From positions 1 to 47,600 of the forward strand of contig JAZQHJ010000162.1 in the NCBI GenBank assembly GCA_045540515.1: a stretch of DNA of 47,600 bases, given 5' to 3'. A program made the translations under genes and the position numbers. Source of the DNA: Eubacteriales bacterium. Lineage in GTDB: Bacteria; Bacillota; Clostridia; Oscillospirales; CAG-272. The notes beneath the pieces were generated by a model. That model was not told the DNA's origin and made no database searches. It was given only the letters and a program-made list of their open reading frames with translations. Below are positions 8,516-18,428 of this stretch, in pieces (positions within the stretch are counted from its first letter, which is position 1; each line of letters begins with the position of its first letter).

Positions 8516-9558
8516 CAGAGACAGAATTTAGTAAGGAGCTAAAAAGCGGACTTTTTGGTGGATATGTCTTTTTTGGTAACGAGGACTATTTGAAGCTTAG
8601 CTATCTAAGGCAGGTCAAGGGCATTGTGCTTGACGGTATGTTTGACGAGTTCAACCATATTGTTATTTATGGTGAGGACTATACGCCCTCTGCTCTTTTA
8701 AATGCAATTTCAACTCTACCTATGATGAGTGAAAAAAAGCTTGTTGAGCTAAGAGGTGTAAATTTCAATGCATTTAAAAAGGACGATATTGCAGAGATTG
8801 ATAGCGTTCTTGAAACTATGAAGGAAAACAGTGCGCACACGGTTCTTATCATTCGTGCAGACTCCAACCTATTTAATGCAGGTAGATTACCAAAGGCACC
8901 AAGTGAGCTTTATCGTGCTTTTGCAAAGCACCTTACAATGGTGCAATTTGATTTTCCCACAAGCGCAAGGCTAAGGGTTTGGATTATGAAGCACTTTGAA
9001 AAATGGCAAATTCGCTTTGATGAGTCGCTTTGTCAAAGGCTTATTGACATTTGCGGACACGATATGTGGGCATTATCAAACGAAATTGAAAAGCTATGCT
9101 CATATGCTCAGATGAACAATCTTTCATATATTACAGCCGAGCATATAGATTATGTTTGCTGTAAAACTGTTGAGTATGATGATTTTCAGCTAACAAACGT
9201 GTTCCTTGAAAAAAACAAGGATTTAATTTTTGAAACATTAAGACGACAAAAGCTAAATCACGAAAAGCCCAGTGCAATTCTTGCCTCCATTATTCGCTTG
9301 TTCCTTGAAATTTATCTTGTTTATGAGCAAAGCGTAACAGGAGCTCAAAAATCACAAATTGCACAGGCTACTAGCATACACGAGTTCAAGGTTGGCAAGT
9401 ACCTTAATTTTATCAAGGGAGTTAGTCCAAAGAAGCTTGCACGTGCAGTTGAGCTTTGTGCACAGGCGGACACAGAATCCAAGACCTATTCAAATCTTAC
9501 TGACTACCTGTCCGTTGACAGGCTCGTTTCAGCTCTTTGCGTACTATTTTGTAGGTGA
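8512..9558 (+). CDS. holA: DNA polymerase III delta subunit
   Basis: YVFFGNEDYL, TLPMMSEKKLV, LSNEIEKL motifs; 348 aa. Confidence 0.9.
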   Translation: MTETEFSKELKSGLFGGYVFFGNEDYLKLSYLRQVKGIVLDGMFDEFNHIVIYGEDYTPSALLNAISTLPMMSEKKLVELRGVNFNAFKKDDIAEIDSVLETMKENSAHTVLIIRADSNLFNAGRLPKAPSELYRAFAKHLTMVQFDFPTSARLRVWIMKHFEKWQIRFDESLCQRLIDICGHDMWALSNEIEKLCSYAQMNNLSYITAEHIDYVCCKTVEYDDFQLTNVFLEKNKDLIFETLRRQKLNHEKPSAILASIIRLFLEIYLVYEQSVTGAQKSQIAQATSIHEFKVGKYLNFIKGVSPKKLARAVELCAQADTESKTYSNLTDYLSVDRLVSALCVLFCR

Positions 9559-9562
9559 GAAT

Positions 9563-10153
9563 ATGAAAATTAAATATCCGATAATTGTTGAGGGCAAGTA
9601 CGACAAAATTAAGCTTGATAGCATTGTTGTTGCAAAAATTATCACAACTGACGGCTTTGGCATATTCAATAATAAGGAAAAGCTTTTTCTAATCAAGGAG
9701 CTTGCAAAAAAATCAAAGCTTATTTTACTTACCGACTCCGATGGAGGTGGGCATTTAATCAGGTCGCATATAAAGACCGCTGTACCGCAGGACAGGCTTA
9801 TAAATCTTTATATTCCAAGGGTACAGGGCAAGGAAAAAAGAAAAGCCCAGCCGTCAAGGGAGGGCACTGTTGGTGTTGAAGGAATTGATAAGGACAAGCT
9901 ACTTGAAATTTTAAAGCCCTTTTCCACTGATGCAAGCGAGCCTATCGGTGGTGAGCTAACTAAGGCTGATTTTTATGCCCTTGGGCTAAGTGGCAGGGAA
10001 AATAGCTCTCAGCTACGAGATTTACTTTGCAAAAGGCTAGGATTTCCTAAAATGAGCCCAAATGCTCTTTTACAGGCACTTAATATTCTTTACACAAGAG
10101 AAGAGCTTATTGAGCTTGTAGCTGATATAAAAAATACCAAGGAGACGCTTTAA
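9563..10153 (+). CDS. rnmV: Ribonuclease M5-like Toprim/DUF4093 protein
   Basis: IIVEGKYD, LLTDSDGGG, GVEG, LGLSG motifs. True start ATG 9563. Confidence 0.85.
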   Translation: MKIKYPIIVEGKYDKIKLDSIVVAKIITTDGFGIFNNKEKLFLIKELAKKSKLILLTDSDGGGHLIRSHIKTAVPQDRLINLYIPRVQGKEKRKAQPSREGTVGVEGIDKDKLLEILKPFSTDASEPIGGELTKADFYALGLSGRENSSQLRDLLCKRLGFPKMSPNALLQALNILYTREELIELVADIKNTKETL

Positions 10154-10170
10154 CGCGTCTCCTTGATTTT
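10138..10170. terminator. Terminator hairpin between convergent genes
   Basis: CAAGGAGACGC-TTTAAC-GCGTCTCCTTG, 11-bp stem overlapping the rnmV stop codon. Confidence 0.8.
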
Positions 10171-10179
10171 ATTAAAGGT

Positions 10180-10410
10180 TTAGTTATTTGCGAGCCACTC
10201 TTCCGCCTTTGGCTTTGACATTCTTATAATGTTTTCTTGTGGATACTTTGAGTCCTCTCCACCATTTACATATAGGAAAAAGAAGCCATCCTGTGTCTGA
10301 TATAGAGTCTCCTCATATCCATTTGGGTCGCCAAAGTAGCTGTATGTAACCTTCTTTATAACAACTGATGTCTCTGTGTCGTAAAGCTTTTTACCAATTA
10401 GCTTTTGCAT
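10180..10410 (-). CDS. Small conserved hypothetical protein (KLYDTETS...EETLYQT family)
   Basis: Strong RBS AAGGAGG, 76 aa. Resembles a family of small hypothetical proteins I recall from Clostridia and phages. Confidence 0.8.
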   Translation of the reverse strand: MQKLIGKKLYDTETSVVIKKVTYSYFGDPNGYEETLYQTQDGFFFLYVNGGEDSKYPQENIIRMSKPKAEEWLANN

Positions 10411-10546
10411 GATGTCGTCCTCCTTATTTGTTTAATTTCACACAAATATTATCATATTATATAGGTTTTGTCAAGGAAATTTTTTTGCCTTTTTTGTATT
10501 ATTTTACATTTTATCGTTTTAAAGTGTGAAAATTTTGTCTTTATTG

Positions 10547-10576
10547 TTGACATATTACATTCTTTTATTATATAAT
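10547..10576 (+). promoter_or_regulatory. Sigma-A promoter of the aryl-acid operon
   Basis: TTGACA-N18-TATAAT. Confidence 0.7.
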
Positions 10577-10609
10577 AGTTATATTATTTTTACACTTGGA
10601 GACACTGTT

Positions 10610-12190
10610 ATGGTTACTTGGATTGATTACGTCATTCTTGCGCTATACGCACTTTCCATGGTGGGTATTGCGATATATACAAAAAATCGTTCAAAATCCG
10701 TTGACGACTTTTTACACGCTGGCAAAAAAGGGTTAAATGGTTGGATGAGTGCATTTGCATATGGAACTACATATTTTTCAGCAGTTATCTTTGTTGGATA
10801 TGCTGGTAAGTTTGGCGCCGGCTTTGGGCTTGCATCCGTTTGGATTGGAATTGCAAATGCAATTATCGGCTCACTACTTGCTTGGATGGTTCTTGCAAAA
10901 CGCACAAAGAATATGACCACAAGGCTTTCCTCAAAAACAATGCCTGACTTTTTTGAAAAAAGATATGGAAGCAAAAATTTAAAGCTTGCCTCTGCTATTA
11001 TCGTTTTTATCTTTTTAATTCCTTATTCCGCATCAGTTTATAGTGGTCTTGGAAGTATTTTCAAGATTGTTTTCGGGCTTGAGCAGGCTTGGATTGTTAT
11101 GCTTGCACTTGCAGGTATAACCGCACTTTATCTTTTCTTTGGCGGCTACTTTGCAACTGCTCTTTCAGATTTCATTCAAGGAATTATTATGCTAGTTGGC
11201 GTTGTTGCAATGGTTTTCTATTTTATGAATCACCAAAATGTAAATTGGGATTTATCAAGCCTTGTAGGTGACGTAAATAAGAGCTGGTTTACCTTTGATA
11301 GCACAAGCACAGGACTATATGGAAGCACCATGTCGCTTCTTTCACTTGTGTTCCTTACCTCCTTTGGTGTTTGGGCTTTACCACAAACAGTGCATAAATA
11401 TTATGCAATAAGAGATAAAAGGGCTATTAAGCAGGGAACGATTGTAAGCACAATTTTTGCTCTTATAATCGGATTTGGAGCTTACTTTGTAGGTGGACTT
11501 TACAAGCTTTTTGCAGGTGATGTTACAGGTATTCTTATGGAAAATGGCATAGCTCCTAGCAATAGTGATTTTTACATTCCTGCAATGATTAAGCTAGTTA
11601 TTCCAACTGTACTTGTTGGTGTAATTGCTGTGCTTATTCTTTCTGCTAGTATGTCAACGCTTTCATCCGTGTCCCTCTCCTCTGCCTCAGTTGTGGCAGT
11701 AGATATTTATAAGGGCAGAATCAACAAAAATGCAGACGACAAAAGGGTTAACCTTATTATGAAGCTTCTTTGTCTTGTGTTTATTGCAATCTCCGTTATT
11801 CTTGCAATTTTAAATGAAGAAATTGGAATTGCTGCTATTGCTTATATGATGGGCATTAGCTGGGGAACGCTTGCAGGATGCTTTATGGGTCCGTTCGTGC
11901 TTGGTCTTATTTGGAAAAGAGTTTCAAGGAGTGCGGTGTGGGCTTCAATTATTAGCTCACTTTGCTTAACTGTAACGCTTATATTTGTATTTGGCTACCA
12001 CAAAAATGGCTTTGATTGTACTTTTGCACAGGCACTATCTGCTGGAATTGGCTGTTCACCTATGATTGGTTCAATTTGTATGATTAGCTCAGTTATTGTA
12101 ACTATCATAGTTAGCCTATTTACCAAAAAGCCATCGGATGAAATTATATATAATGCATTTGATAAACCTATTGAAAACGAAATTAAGTAA
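10610..12190 (+). CDS. Sodium:solute symporter (SSS family), probable aryl-acid permease
   Basis: About 13 TM segments, YFSAVIFVGYAG, TMPDFFEKRY, SASMSTLS. Start moved to 10610. Substrate inferred from operon context. Confidence 0.88.
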   Translation: MVTWIDYVILALYALSMVGIAIYTKNRSKSVDDFLHAGKKGLNGWMSAFAYGTTYFSAVIFVGYAGKFGAGFGLASVWIGIANAIIGSLLAWMVLAKRTKNMTTRLSSKTMPDFFEKRYGSKNLKLASAIIVFIFLIPYSASVYSGLGSIFKIVFGLEQAWIVMLALAGITALYLFFGGYFATALSDFIQGIIMLVGVVAMVFYFMNHQNVNWDLSSLVGDVNKSWFTFDSTSTGLYGSTMSLLSLVFLTSFGVWALPQTVHKYYAIRDKRAIKQGTIVSTIFALIIGFGAYFVGGLYKLFAGDVTGILMENGIAPSNSDFYIPAMIKLVIPTVLVGVIAVLILSASMSTLSSVSLSSASVVAVDIYKGRINKNADDKRVNLIMKLLCLVFIAISVILAILNEEIGIAAIAYMMGISWGTLAGCFMGPFVLGLIWKRVSRSAVWASIISSLCLTVTLIFVFGYHKNGFDCTFAQALSAGIGCSPMIGSICMISSVIVTIIVSLFTKKPSDEIIYNAFDKPIENEIK

Positions 12191-12201
12191 GGAATTTAGA
12201 T

Positions 12202-13503
12202 ATGATTTGGGCAAAGGAAGAAACCCTATCAAGGGAAGAAATGAATGCCCTTCAATTAGAAAGATTGAAGGAGACTGTTTATAGAGTTTACGAAAGGGTT
12301 GCCCCCTATCGTAAAAAAATGGACGATATCGGCTTAAAGCCAGAGGATATTACGTCGCTTGATGACTTAAAAAGGCTACCATTTGTAACAAAGCAGGATT
12401 TGCGTGACAATTATCCGTTTGGACTTTTTGCAGTGCCAAGGGATGAGCTTGTAAGAATACACGCATCAAGCGGTACAACAGGAAAGCCAACCGTTGTTGG
12501 CTACACAAGGGGCGATATGGACACTTGGACAGAGTGCGTTTCACGTATTGCCTGTGCAGGTGGAGCAAGCTCAAGTGATGTTTCACAAATTTGCTTCGGC
12601 TATGGAATGTTTACAGGTGCGCTTGGCTTACACTATGGACTTGAAAACATCGGCTCCGCAATTGTTCCGTCCTCAACTGGTAACTCTGAAAAGCAAATTA
12701 TGTATATGAAGGATTTTGGCACAACATTGCTTGTTGCTACACCGTCCTATGCTCTACGTCTTGCAGAGGTTGCAAACGAGATTGGCGTCAATCCAAAAAC
12801 GGATTTGTCGGTCAAAATTGCCCTTGTTGGTAGTGAGCTTTTGACAGATGCTATGCGTGAGGAAATGCACAAATGCTGGGGTGATGACGTTTTGGTTACC
12901 TCTAACTATGGCATGAGTGAGCTAATGGGCCCTGGTGTTTCAGGTGAATGTGAGCACCTTTGCGGTATGCATATAAATGAGGACTTCTTTATTCCTGAGA
13001 TTATAAATCCAGAAACAGGGGAGGTTCTCCCCGAGGGTGAGTGGGGTGAGCTTGTTATCACCTGTATAAAAAAGGAGGCTCTTCCACTTATAAGATACAG
13101 GACAAGGGACATTACAAGGCTACACTATGAAAAATGTAAGTGTGGCAGAACCACCGTAAGAATGGAAAATCTATCTGGTAGAAGCGACGATATGCTCAAA
13201 ATCAGAGGTGTTAATGTATTTCCAAGTCAGATTGAGGAGGTTGTTCTCTCCGTTTCAGGGCTTGGTCCACACTATGAAATTGTTGTTGAACGTGACGGCT
13301 ATTCAGATAAGCTTACTGTAAGAGTTGAGCTTGCTACGGCAACTGACTCCTTTAAGGAGCTTGAAAGAATCGAAAAAGAGGTTAAGTCCAAGCTTAAAAT
13401 TGTGCTTGGTCTTGACGCAAAAATAAAGCTGGAATCTCCAAATACTCTTGCTAGATTTGAGGGTAAGGCAAAAAGAGTTCGTGATTTAAGAAAGGAAAAA
13501 TAA
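12202..13503 (+). CDS. paaK: Phenylacetate-CoA ligase (copy 1)
   Basis: [44 protein letters not shown]. Confidence 0.93.
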   Translation: MIWAKEETLSREEMNALQLERLKETVYRVYERVAPYRKKMDDIGLKPEDITSLDDLKRLPFVTKQDLRDNYPFGLFAVPRDELVRIHASSGTTGKPTVVGYTRGDMDTWTECVSRIACAGGASSSDVSQICFGYGMFTGALGLHYGLENIGSAIVPSSTGNSEKQIMYMKDFGTTLLVATPSYALRLAEVANEIGVNPKTDLSVKIALVGSELLTDAMREEMHKCWGDDVLVTSNYGMSELMGPGVSGECEHLCGMHINEDFFIPEIINPETGEVLPEGEWGELVITCIKKEALPLIRYRTRDITRLHYEKCKCGRTTVRMENLSGRSDDMLKIRGVNVFPSQIEEVVLSVSGLGPHYEIVVERDGYSDKLTVRVELATATDSFKELERIEKEVKSKLKIVLGLDAKIKLESPNTLARFEGKAKRVRDLRKEK

Positions 13504-13504
13504 T

Positions 13505-15241
13505 ATGAATAATAAAACTATTATGCTTGGTAATGAGGCTATTGCCCGTGGCGCATATGAGGCTGGTGTTAAGGTTTCAAGCGCTTATCCTGGTACACCA
13601 AGCACAGAAATTAGCGAATTTTTAGCAAAATACACCGAGGTTTACACTGAATGGGCACCAAATGAAAAGGTTGCTCTTGAGGTTGCTGCTGGCTCTGCTA
13701 TTGCAGGTGCTCGTTCACTTGCTTGTATGAAGCACGTTGGTTTAAATGTTGCCTCCGACCCACTTTACACTCTTGCATACACAGGTGTAAACGGTGGTCT
13801 TGTAATTGTAGTTGCTGACGACCCTGGTATTGCAAGCTCACAAAATGAGCAGGACACAAGAATGATTGCACGTAGTGCTCATCTCCCTGTAATTGAGCCA
13901 TCTGACTCAAACGAAGCTAAGGAATTTTTAAAGTACGCATTTGATATAAGCGAAAAATACGACACTCCTGTTATTTTTAGAACAACAACCAAGCTCTCTC
14001 ACTCGCAAAGCATTGTTGAGCTAGGTGAAAGGGCTGTTCCACAGGATAAGGTATATGAAAGAAGCGTCCCTAAATATGTTATGATGCCTGCATCTGCAAT
14101 TGGTAGGCATAAGGTTGTTGAGGCAAGAGAAATTCAGCTTGAAAAGGATGCCTCCTCATTACCTATTAACACTGTTGAAATGGCTGATAAGAAAATTGGC
14201 TTTATCACCTCTGGTATTGCTTATCAATACGTAAAGGAGGCTTGTCCAAGTGCATCTGTTTTAAAGCTTGGTATGGTAAATCCACTTCCAAAGCAAATGA
14301 TTATTGACTTTGTCTCCTCTGTTGACGAGGTATATATATTTGAGGAGCTTGAGCCTGTTATTGAGGAGCAGGTTCGTGCTTGGGGACTTAATGTTCACGG
14401 AAAGGAGCTATTTACAAAGCAGGGCGAGTATAGTGCAAATATGCTTGCTAATGTAATTTATGGCAAGACTACCGACTTTGAAAGAGCTGACGCTCCTGCA
14501 CGTCCTCCTATCCTTTGTCCTGGCTGTCCTCACAGAAGCACCTTCTCCGTTCTTAACAAGCTAAAAATCCACGCATGTGGTGATATTGGCTGTTATACTC
14601 TTGGTGCTGTTGCTCCACTTAACGTAATTGACACTACAATTTGTATGGGCTCTTCAATTTCTCTGCTTCACGGTATGGAAAAGGCAAAGGGCAAGGAATA
14701 CATCAAAAATTGGGTTGCGACAATTGGTGATTCAACATTTTTACATACAGGTATAAACTCACTTATCAATATGGTTTACAACAAGGCAACTGGCACTGTT
14801 ATGATTCTTGACAACCGTACAACTGGTATGACAGGACATCAAGAGCATGCTGCAACCGGTAAGACCTTAAAGGGTGAGGAAACCTATGCAATTGACCTTG
14901 CACAGCTTTGCCGTAGCGTCGGTGTTCCAAATGTTGTTGAGGTTGATGCCTTTGACACTGTGGCGCTTGAAAAAATTGTCAAGGAAAGCGTAAGTGGCGA
15001 TGTTCTTACTGTAATTATAGTAAAAGCACCTTGTGCTCTATTAAAGGGACAAAAATTCCCATTCGTTTGCAAGGCTGATGCTGAAAAATGCAAAAAATGC
15101 GGTATGTGCTTAAAGATAGGCTGTCCTGCTCTTACAAAAAATGCAGACGGCACAATTAAGATTGATGAAACCATGTGTAACGGCTGTGGCCTTTGCCAAA
15201 GCTACTGCAAATTTGGTGCAATCAACAGGGTAGAAAGATAA
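13505..15241 (+). CDS. iorA: Indolepyruvate:ferredoxin oxidoreductase alpha subunit
   Basis: LGNEAIARGA, YPGTPSTE, MKHVGLNVA, CPGCPHR, GDIGCY, IGDSTF, C-terminal 2x[4Fe-4S] motifs. Confidence 0.96.
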   Translation: MNNKTIMLGNEAIARGAYEAGVKVSSAYPGTPSTEISEFLAKYTEVYTEWAPNEKVALEVAAGSAIAGARSLACMKHVGLNVASDPLYTLAYTGVNGGLVIVVADDPGIASSQNEQDTRMIARSAHLPVIEPSDSNEAKEFLKYAFDISEKYDTPVIFRTTTKLSHSQSIVELGERAVPQDKVYERSVPKYVMMPASAIGRHKVVEAREIQLEKDASSLPINTVEMADKKIGFITSGIAYQYVKEACPSASVLKLGMVNPLPKQMIIDFVSSVDEVYIFEELEPVIEEQVRAWGLNVHGKELFTKQGEYSANMLANVIYGKTTDFERADAPARPPILCPGCPHRSTFSVLNKLKIHACGDIGCYTLGAVAPLNVIDTTICMGSSISLLHGMEKAKGKEYIKNWVATIGDSTFLHTGINSLINMVYNKATGTVMILDNRTTGMTGHQEHAATGKTLKGEETYAIDLAQLCRSVGVPNVVEVDAFDTVALEKIVKESVSGDVLTVIIVKAPCALLKGQKFPFVCKADAEKCKKCGMCLKIGCPALTKNADGTIKIDETMCNGCGLCQSYCKFGAINRVER

Positions 15242-15253
15242 GGGGGTTAAGGT

Positions 15254-15814
15254 ATGAATATTATGGTAGTTGGTGTTGGTGGACAGGGTACTCTTCTAAC
15301 CAGCAGAATCATTGGCAAAACCGCCCTTAATGCAGGATATGACGTTAAGCTATCCGAGGTGCATGGTATGGCACAGCGTGGTGGTAGCGTTGTTACCTTT
15401 GTAAGATATGGTAGCAAGGTTTATGAGCCTGTTTGTGAGGAGGGAAGCGTTGATTTTCTCATCTCCTTTGAAAGACTTGAGGCTCTTCGCTATGCTCACT
15501 TTTTAAAGCCTGACGGCGTAATGATTGTAAACGATACAAGAATTGACCCAATGACCGTTGTTATTGGTGCAAGAACATATCCAGAGGGAATTTTAGGGGA
15601 GCTTGACAAAAAGCACAAGCTTTACACAATTGACGGTGCTGCCATTGCAAAGTCACTTGGCAATCCAAAGGTTTTAAACTCCGTTGTGCTTGGTCTTGCG
15701 GCAAAGCATATCGGCTTTAGCGAAAATGAGTGGCTTGAAACACTAAAAAACACAGTGCCACCAAAGACAATTGATATAAACACTCTTGCTTTTAAGGCAG
15801 GATATGAAAAATAA
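15254..15814 (+). CDS. iorB: Indolepyruvate:ferredoxin oxidoreductase beta subunit
   Basis: GVGGQG, SEVHGMAQRGGSV. Confidence 0.96.
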   Translation: MNIMVVGVGGQGTLLTSRIIGKTALNAGYDVKLSEVHGMAQRGGSVVTFVRYGSKVYEPVCEEGSVDFLISFERLEALRYAHFLKPDGVMIVNDTRIDPMTVVIGARTYPEGILGELDKKHKLYTIDGAAIAKSLGNPKVLNSVVLGLAAKHIGFSENEWLETLKNTVPPKTIDINTLAFKAGYEK

Positions 15815-15827
15815 GAGGTAAGTAAAA

Positions 15828-17126
15828 ATGATTTGGAATGAAAAAATCGAATGTATGCCACGAGAGGAAATGACCTCTTTGCAAAGTGAAAGACTTGTAA
15901 AGCTTGTTGAATATGTTTACAACAATGTTGAGTTTTATCGTAAAAGAATGGATGAGCATGGGGTGAAGCCCTGTGACATTAAGGGAATTGAGGACATTAC
16001 AAAGCTTCCTTACACCACAAAGGACGACCTTCGTGATACATATCCATTTGGACTTTTTGCTGCACCTCATTCAGATATTGTAAGAATACATGCATCAAGC
16101 GGTACAACTGGTAAGGCAACCGTTGTTGGCTATACTCAAAACGATATTGATGTATGGAGTGAGTGCGTTGCCCGTTGTATGTCAATGGCTGACGTAACCA
16201 AGGACGATATTATTCAAATAGCATACGGTTATGGCCTTTTCACAGGTGGTCTTGGCGCACACTATGGCGCTGAAAGGCTTGGAGCTATGGTTGTTCCTAT
16301 GAGCACTGGTAACTCAAAGAAGCTAACAACCATGATGGTTGACTTTGGTGCTACTGCAATCGCTTGTACTCCATCATATCTTCTCCACCTTTCCGAGGTG
16401 CTTCGTGATGAGGGCTTGCTTGATAAAATCAAATTAAAGGCTGCCATTTGTGGCGCTGAGCCATGGACAGAAAAAATGCGTACCGAGATTGAAACAAGGC
16501 TCAATATCACTGCTCATGACATTTATGGACTTAGCGAGATTATGGGTCCTGGCGTTGCCTGTGACTGTAAGGAGCATGCTGGACTTCATATTTGCGAGGA
16601 TCACTTCTATCCAGAAATTATTGACCCTAAGACACTTGAGCCTGTTGCTGACGGCGAAACTGGTGAGCTTGTGTTCACTACCATTACAAAGGAGGGTATT
16701 CCTCTTATCCGTTACAGAACCAAGGACTTAACAAGCATTACACACGAAAAATGCGCTTGTGGTCGTACTAGCGCAAGAATTTCTCGCTTCAAGGGTAGAA
16801 GCGATGATATGCTCATTATCAGAGGTGTTAACGTATTCCCAAGTCAGGTTGAGGCTGCTCTTATTGAGGTTGAGGAGGTTACTCCACACTATATGATGAT
16901 TGTTGACAGAGAAAACAATCTTGACACCCTTGAAATTCAGGTTGAGGTTGACGTAAAATACTACACTGATGAGGTTAAGGGCATTGAAAGGCTAACAAAG
17001 AAGATTGCTACTGTTATTCAACAGGCACTTGGAATTAGCGCAAAAATCAGGCTTATGGGTCCTGGCTCCTTGAAGCGTAGCGAGGGCAAGGCAGTTCACG
17101 TTATTGATAACAGAAAATTATATTAA
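15828..17126 (+). CDS. paaK: Phenylacetate-CoA ligase (copy 2)
   Basis: [43 protein letters not shown]. Confidence 0.93.
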   Translation: MIWNEKIECMPREEMTSLQSERLVKLVEYVYNNVEFYRKRMDEHGVKPCDIKGIEDITKLPYTTKDDLRDTYPFGLFAAPHSDIVRIHASSGTTGKATVVGYTQNDIDVWSECVARCMSMADVTKDDIIQIAYGYGLFTGGLGAHYGAERLGAMVVPMSTGNSKKLTTMMVDFGATAIACTPSYLLHLSEVLRDEGLLDKIKLKAAICGAEPWTEKMRTEIETRLNITAHDIYGLSEIMGPGVACDCKEHAGLHICEDHFYPEIIDPKTLEPVADGETGELVFTTITKEGIPLIRYRTKDLTSITHEKCACGRTSARISRFKGRSDDMLIIRGVNVFPSQVEAALIEVEEVTPHYMMIVDRENNLDTLEIQVEVDVKYYTDEVKGIERLTKKIATVIQQALGISAKIRLMGPGSLKRSEGKAVHVIDNRKLY

Positions 17127-17140
17127 GAGGAGATTTTGTT

Positions 17141-17569
17141 ATGACAGTTAAACAGCTTTCAGTATTTATTGAAAATAGACAGGGCAGACTTGGTGAGGTT
17201 TTAAAAATTTTAAAGGATAACAATGTAAATATTCTTTCAATCAGCCTTGCTGATACCACTGAATATGGACTATTAAGACTAATTGTTAATACACCCGAGC
17301 ATGGTAGAGACGTTCTTTTAAATGCAGGCTTTTCAAGCATGCTCACCGACGTTTTAATTATTAAGGTTCCACACGTTACAGGCGCCCTTCAAGGCATTTT
17401 AACGCTTATTGCAGAAAAGAATGTTAATATTGAATATATGTACGGTCTTTCTGTTGAGGCAAACGATGCATCTATCGTTGTTAAGACAAATGAGCTTGAC
17501 CTTGCTTGCGAAATACTAAGGGGTGGCAATATTGACACTATGTCCGAGCAGGAGATTGCGTCACTTTAA
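17141..17569 (+). CDS. Tandem ACT-domain amino-acid-binding protein
   Basis: KQLSVFIENRQGRL, SLADT.EYGLLRLIV, NIEYMY. Confidence 0.9.
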   Translation: MTVKQLSVFIENRQGRLGEVLKILKDNNVNILSISLADTTEYGLLRLIVNTPEHGRDVLLNAGFSSMLTDVLIIKVPHVTGALQGILTLIAEKNVNIEYMYGLSVEANDASIVVKTNELDLACEILRGGNIDTMSEQEIASL

Positions 17570-17572
17570 GCC

Positions 17573-18382
17573 ATGGTTATTGATTTTCACACGCATATTT
17601 TTCCTGACAAAATTGCAGAGGCGACAATAAAAGCTCTTTCGCAAAATGCATCAATCCCACCACATTCAAATGGTATACTTTCGGGCTTACTTTCACAAAT
17701 GGAGGAGTCAGGGGTTGACATTTCTATAAATTTGCCTGTTTTAACAAGGGCAAGACAATTTGAAGGTATTCTTAATTTTGGCACTGACCTAAACCAAAAA
17801 TCGTACACAGGTCCTCGTGTAATTTCCTTTGCGGGTATGCACCCAGATATCGAGGATTTTGAAATGGCTCTTGAAAGAGTTAAGTCTCTTGGGTTTTTGG
17901 GTATCAAGCTACACCCAGATTATCAGGGCACGTTTTTTGATGATGAAAGATACATAAAAATGCTTTCAATTGCTAAAAAGCTTGACCTTATTACAGTTAC
18001 ACACGCAGGGCTTGACGGTGCTTTTATCGGTCAGCCTATAAAATGCACTCCTACACGTGTATTAAGAGTGCTTGATTCACTTGGTGGCTATGACAAGCTT
18101 GTTCTTGCACACCTTGGTGGTAATGAGCTTTATAGTGAGGTGTTAAACGAGCTAGCCGGCGAAAGCGTTTATCTTGATACGTCATATGTATTACCTGCAA
18201 CAGATAAAAATATGTTTTTAAAGCTTCTTGAAAGGCACGGAAGCGATAAAATTCTTTTTGCAACCGACTCTCCTTGGCAAAATCAGGGTGAAATGATAAA
18301 TATTATTAAGTCCTATGGGCTTGATAGTGCCACTGAAAGAAAAATACTTTCAGACAATGCAAAAAGGCTTTTGATGCTTTAA
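17573..18382 (+). CDS. Amidohydrolase-family metal-dependent hydrolase
   Basis: IDFHTH, GIKLHP, AHLGG, FATDSPW. Confidence 0.88.
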   Translation: MVIDFHTHIFPDKIAEATIKALSQNASIPPHSNGILSGLLSQMEESGVDISINLPVLTRARQFEGILNFGTDLNQKSYTGPRVISFAGMHPDIEDFEMALERVKSLGFLGIKLHPDYQGTFFDDERYIKMLSIAKKLDLITVTHAGLDGAFIGQPIKCTPTRVLRVLDSLGGYDKLVLAHLGGNELYSEVLNELAGESVYLDTSYVLPATDKNMFLKLLERHGSDKILFATDSPWQNQGEMINIIKSYGLDSATERKILSDNAKRLLML

Positions 18383-18428
18383 TTAAATGAACTTAAATGG
18401 CTTTTGACCATTTGAAAGGGAAAACACT

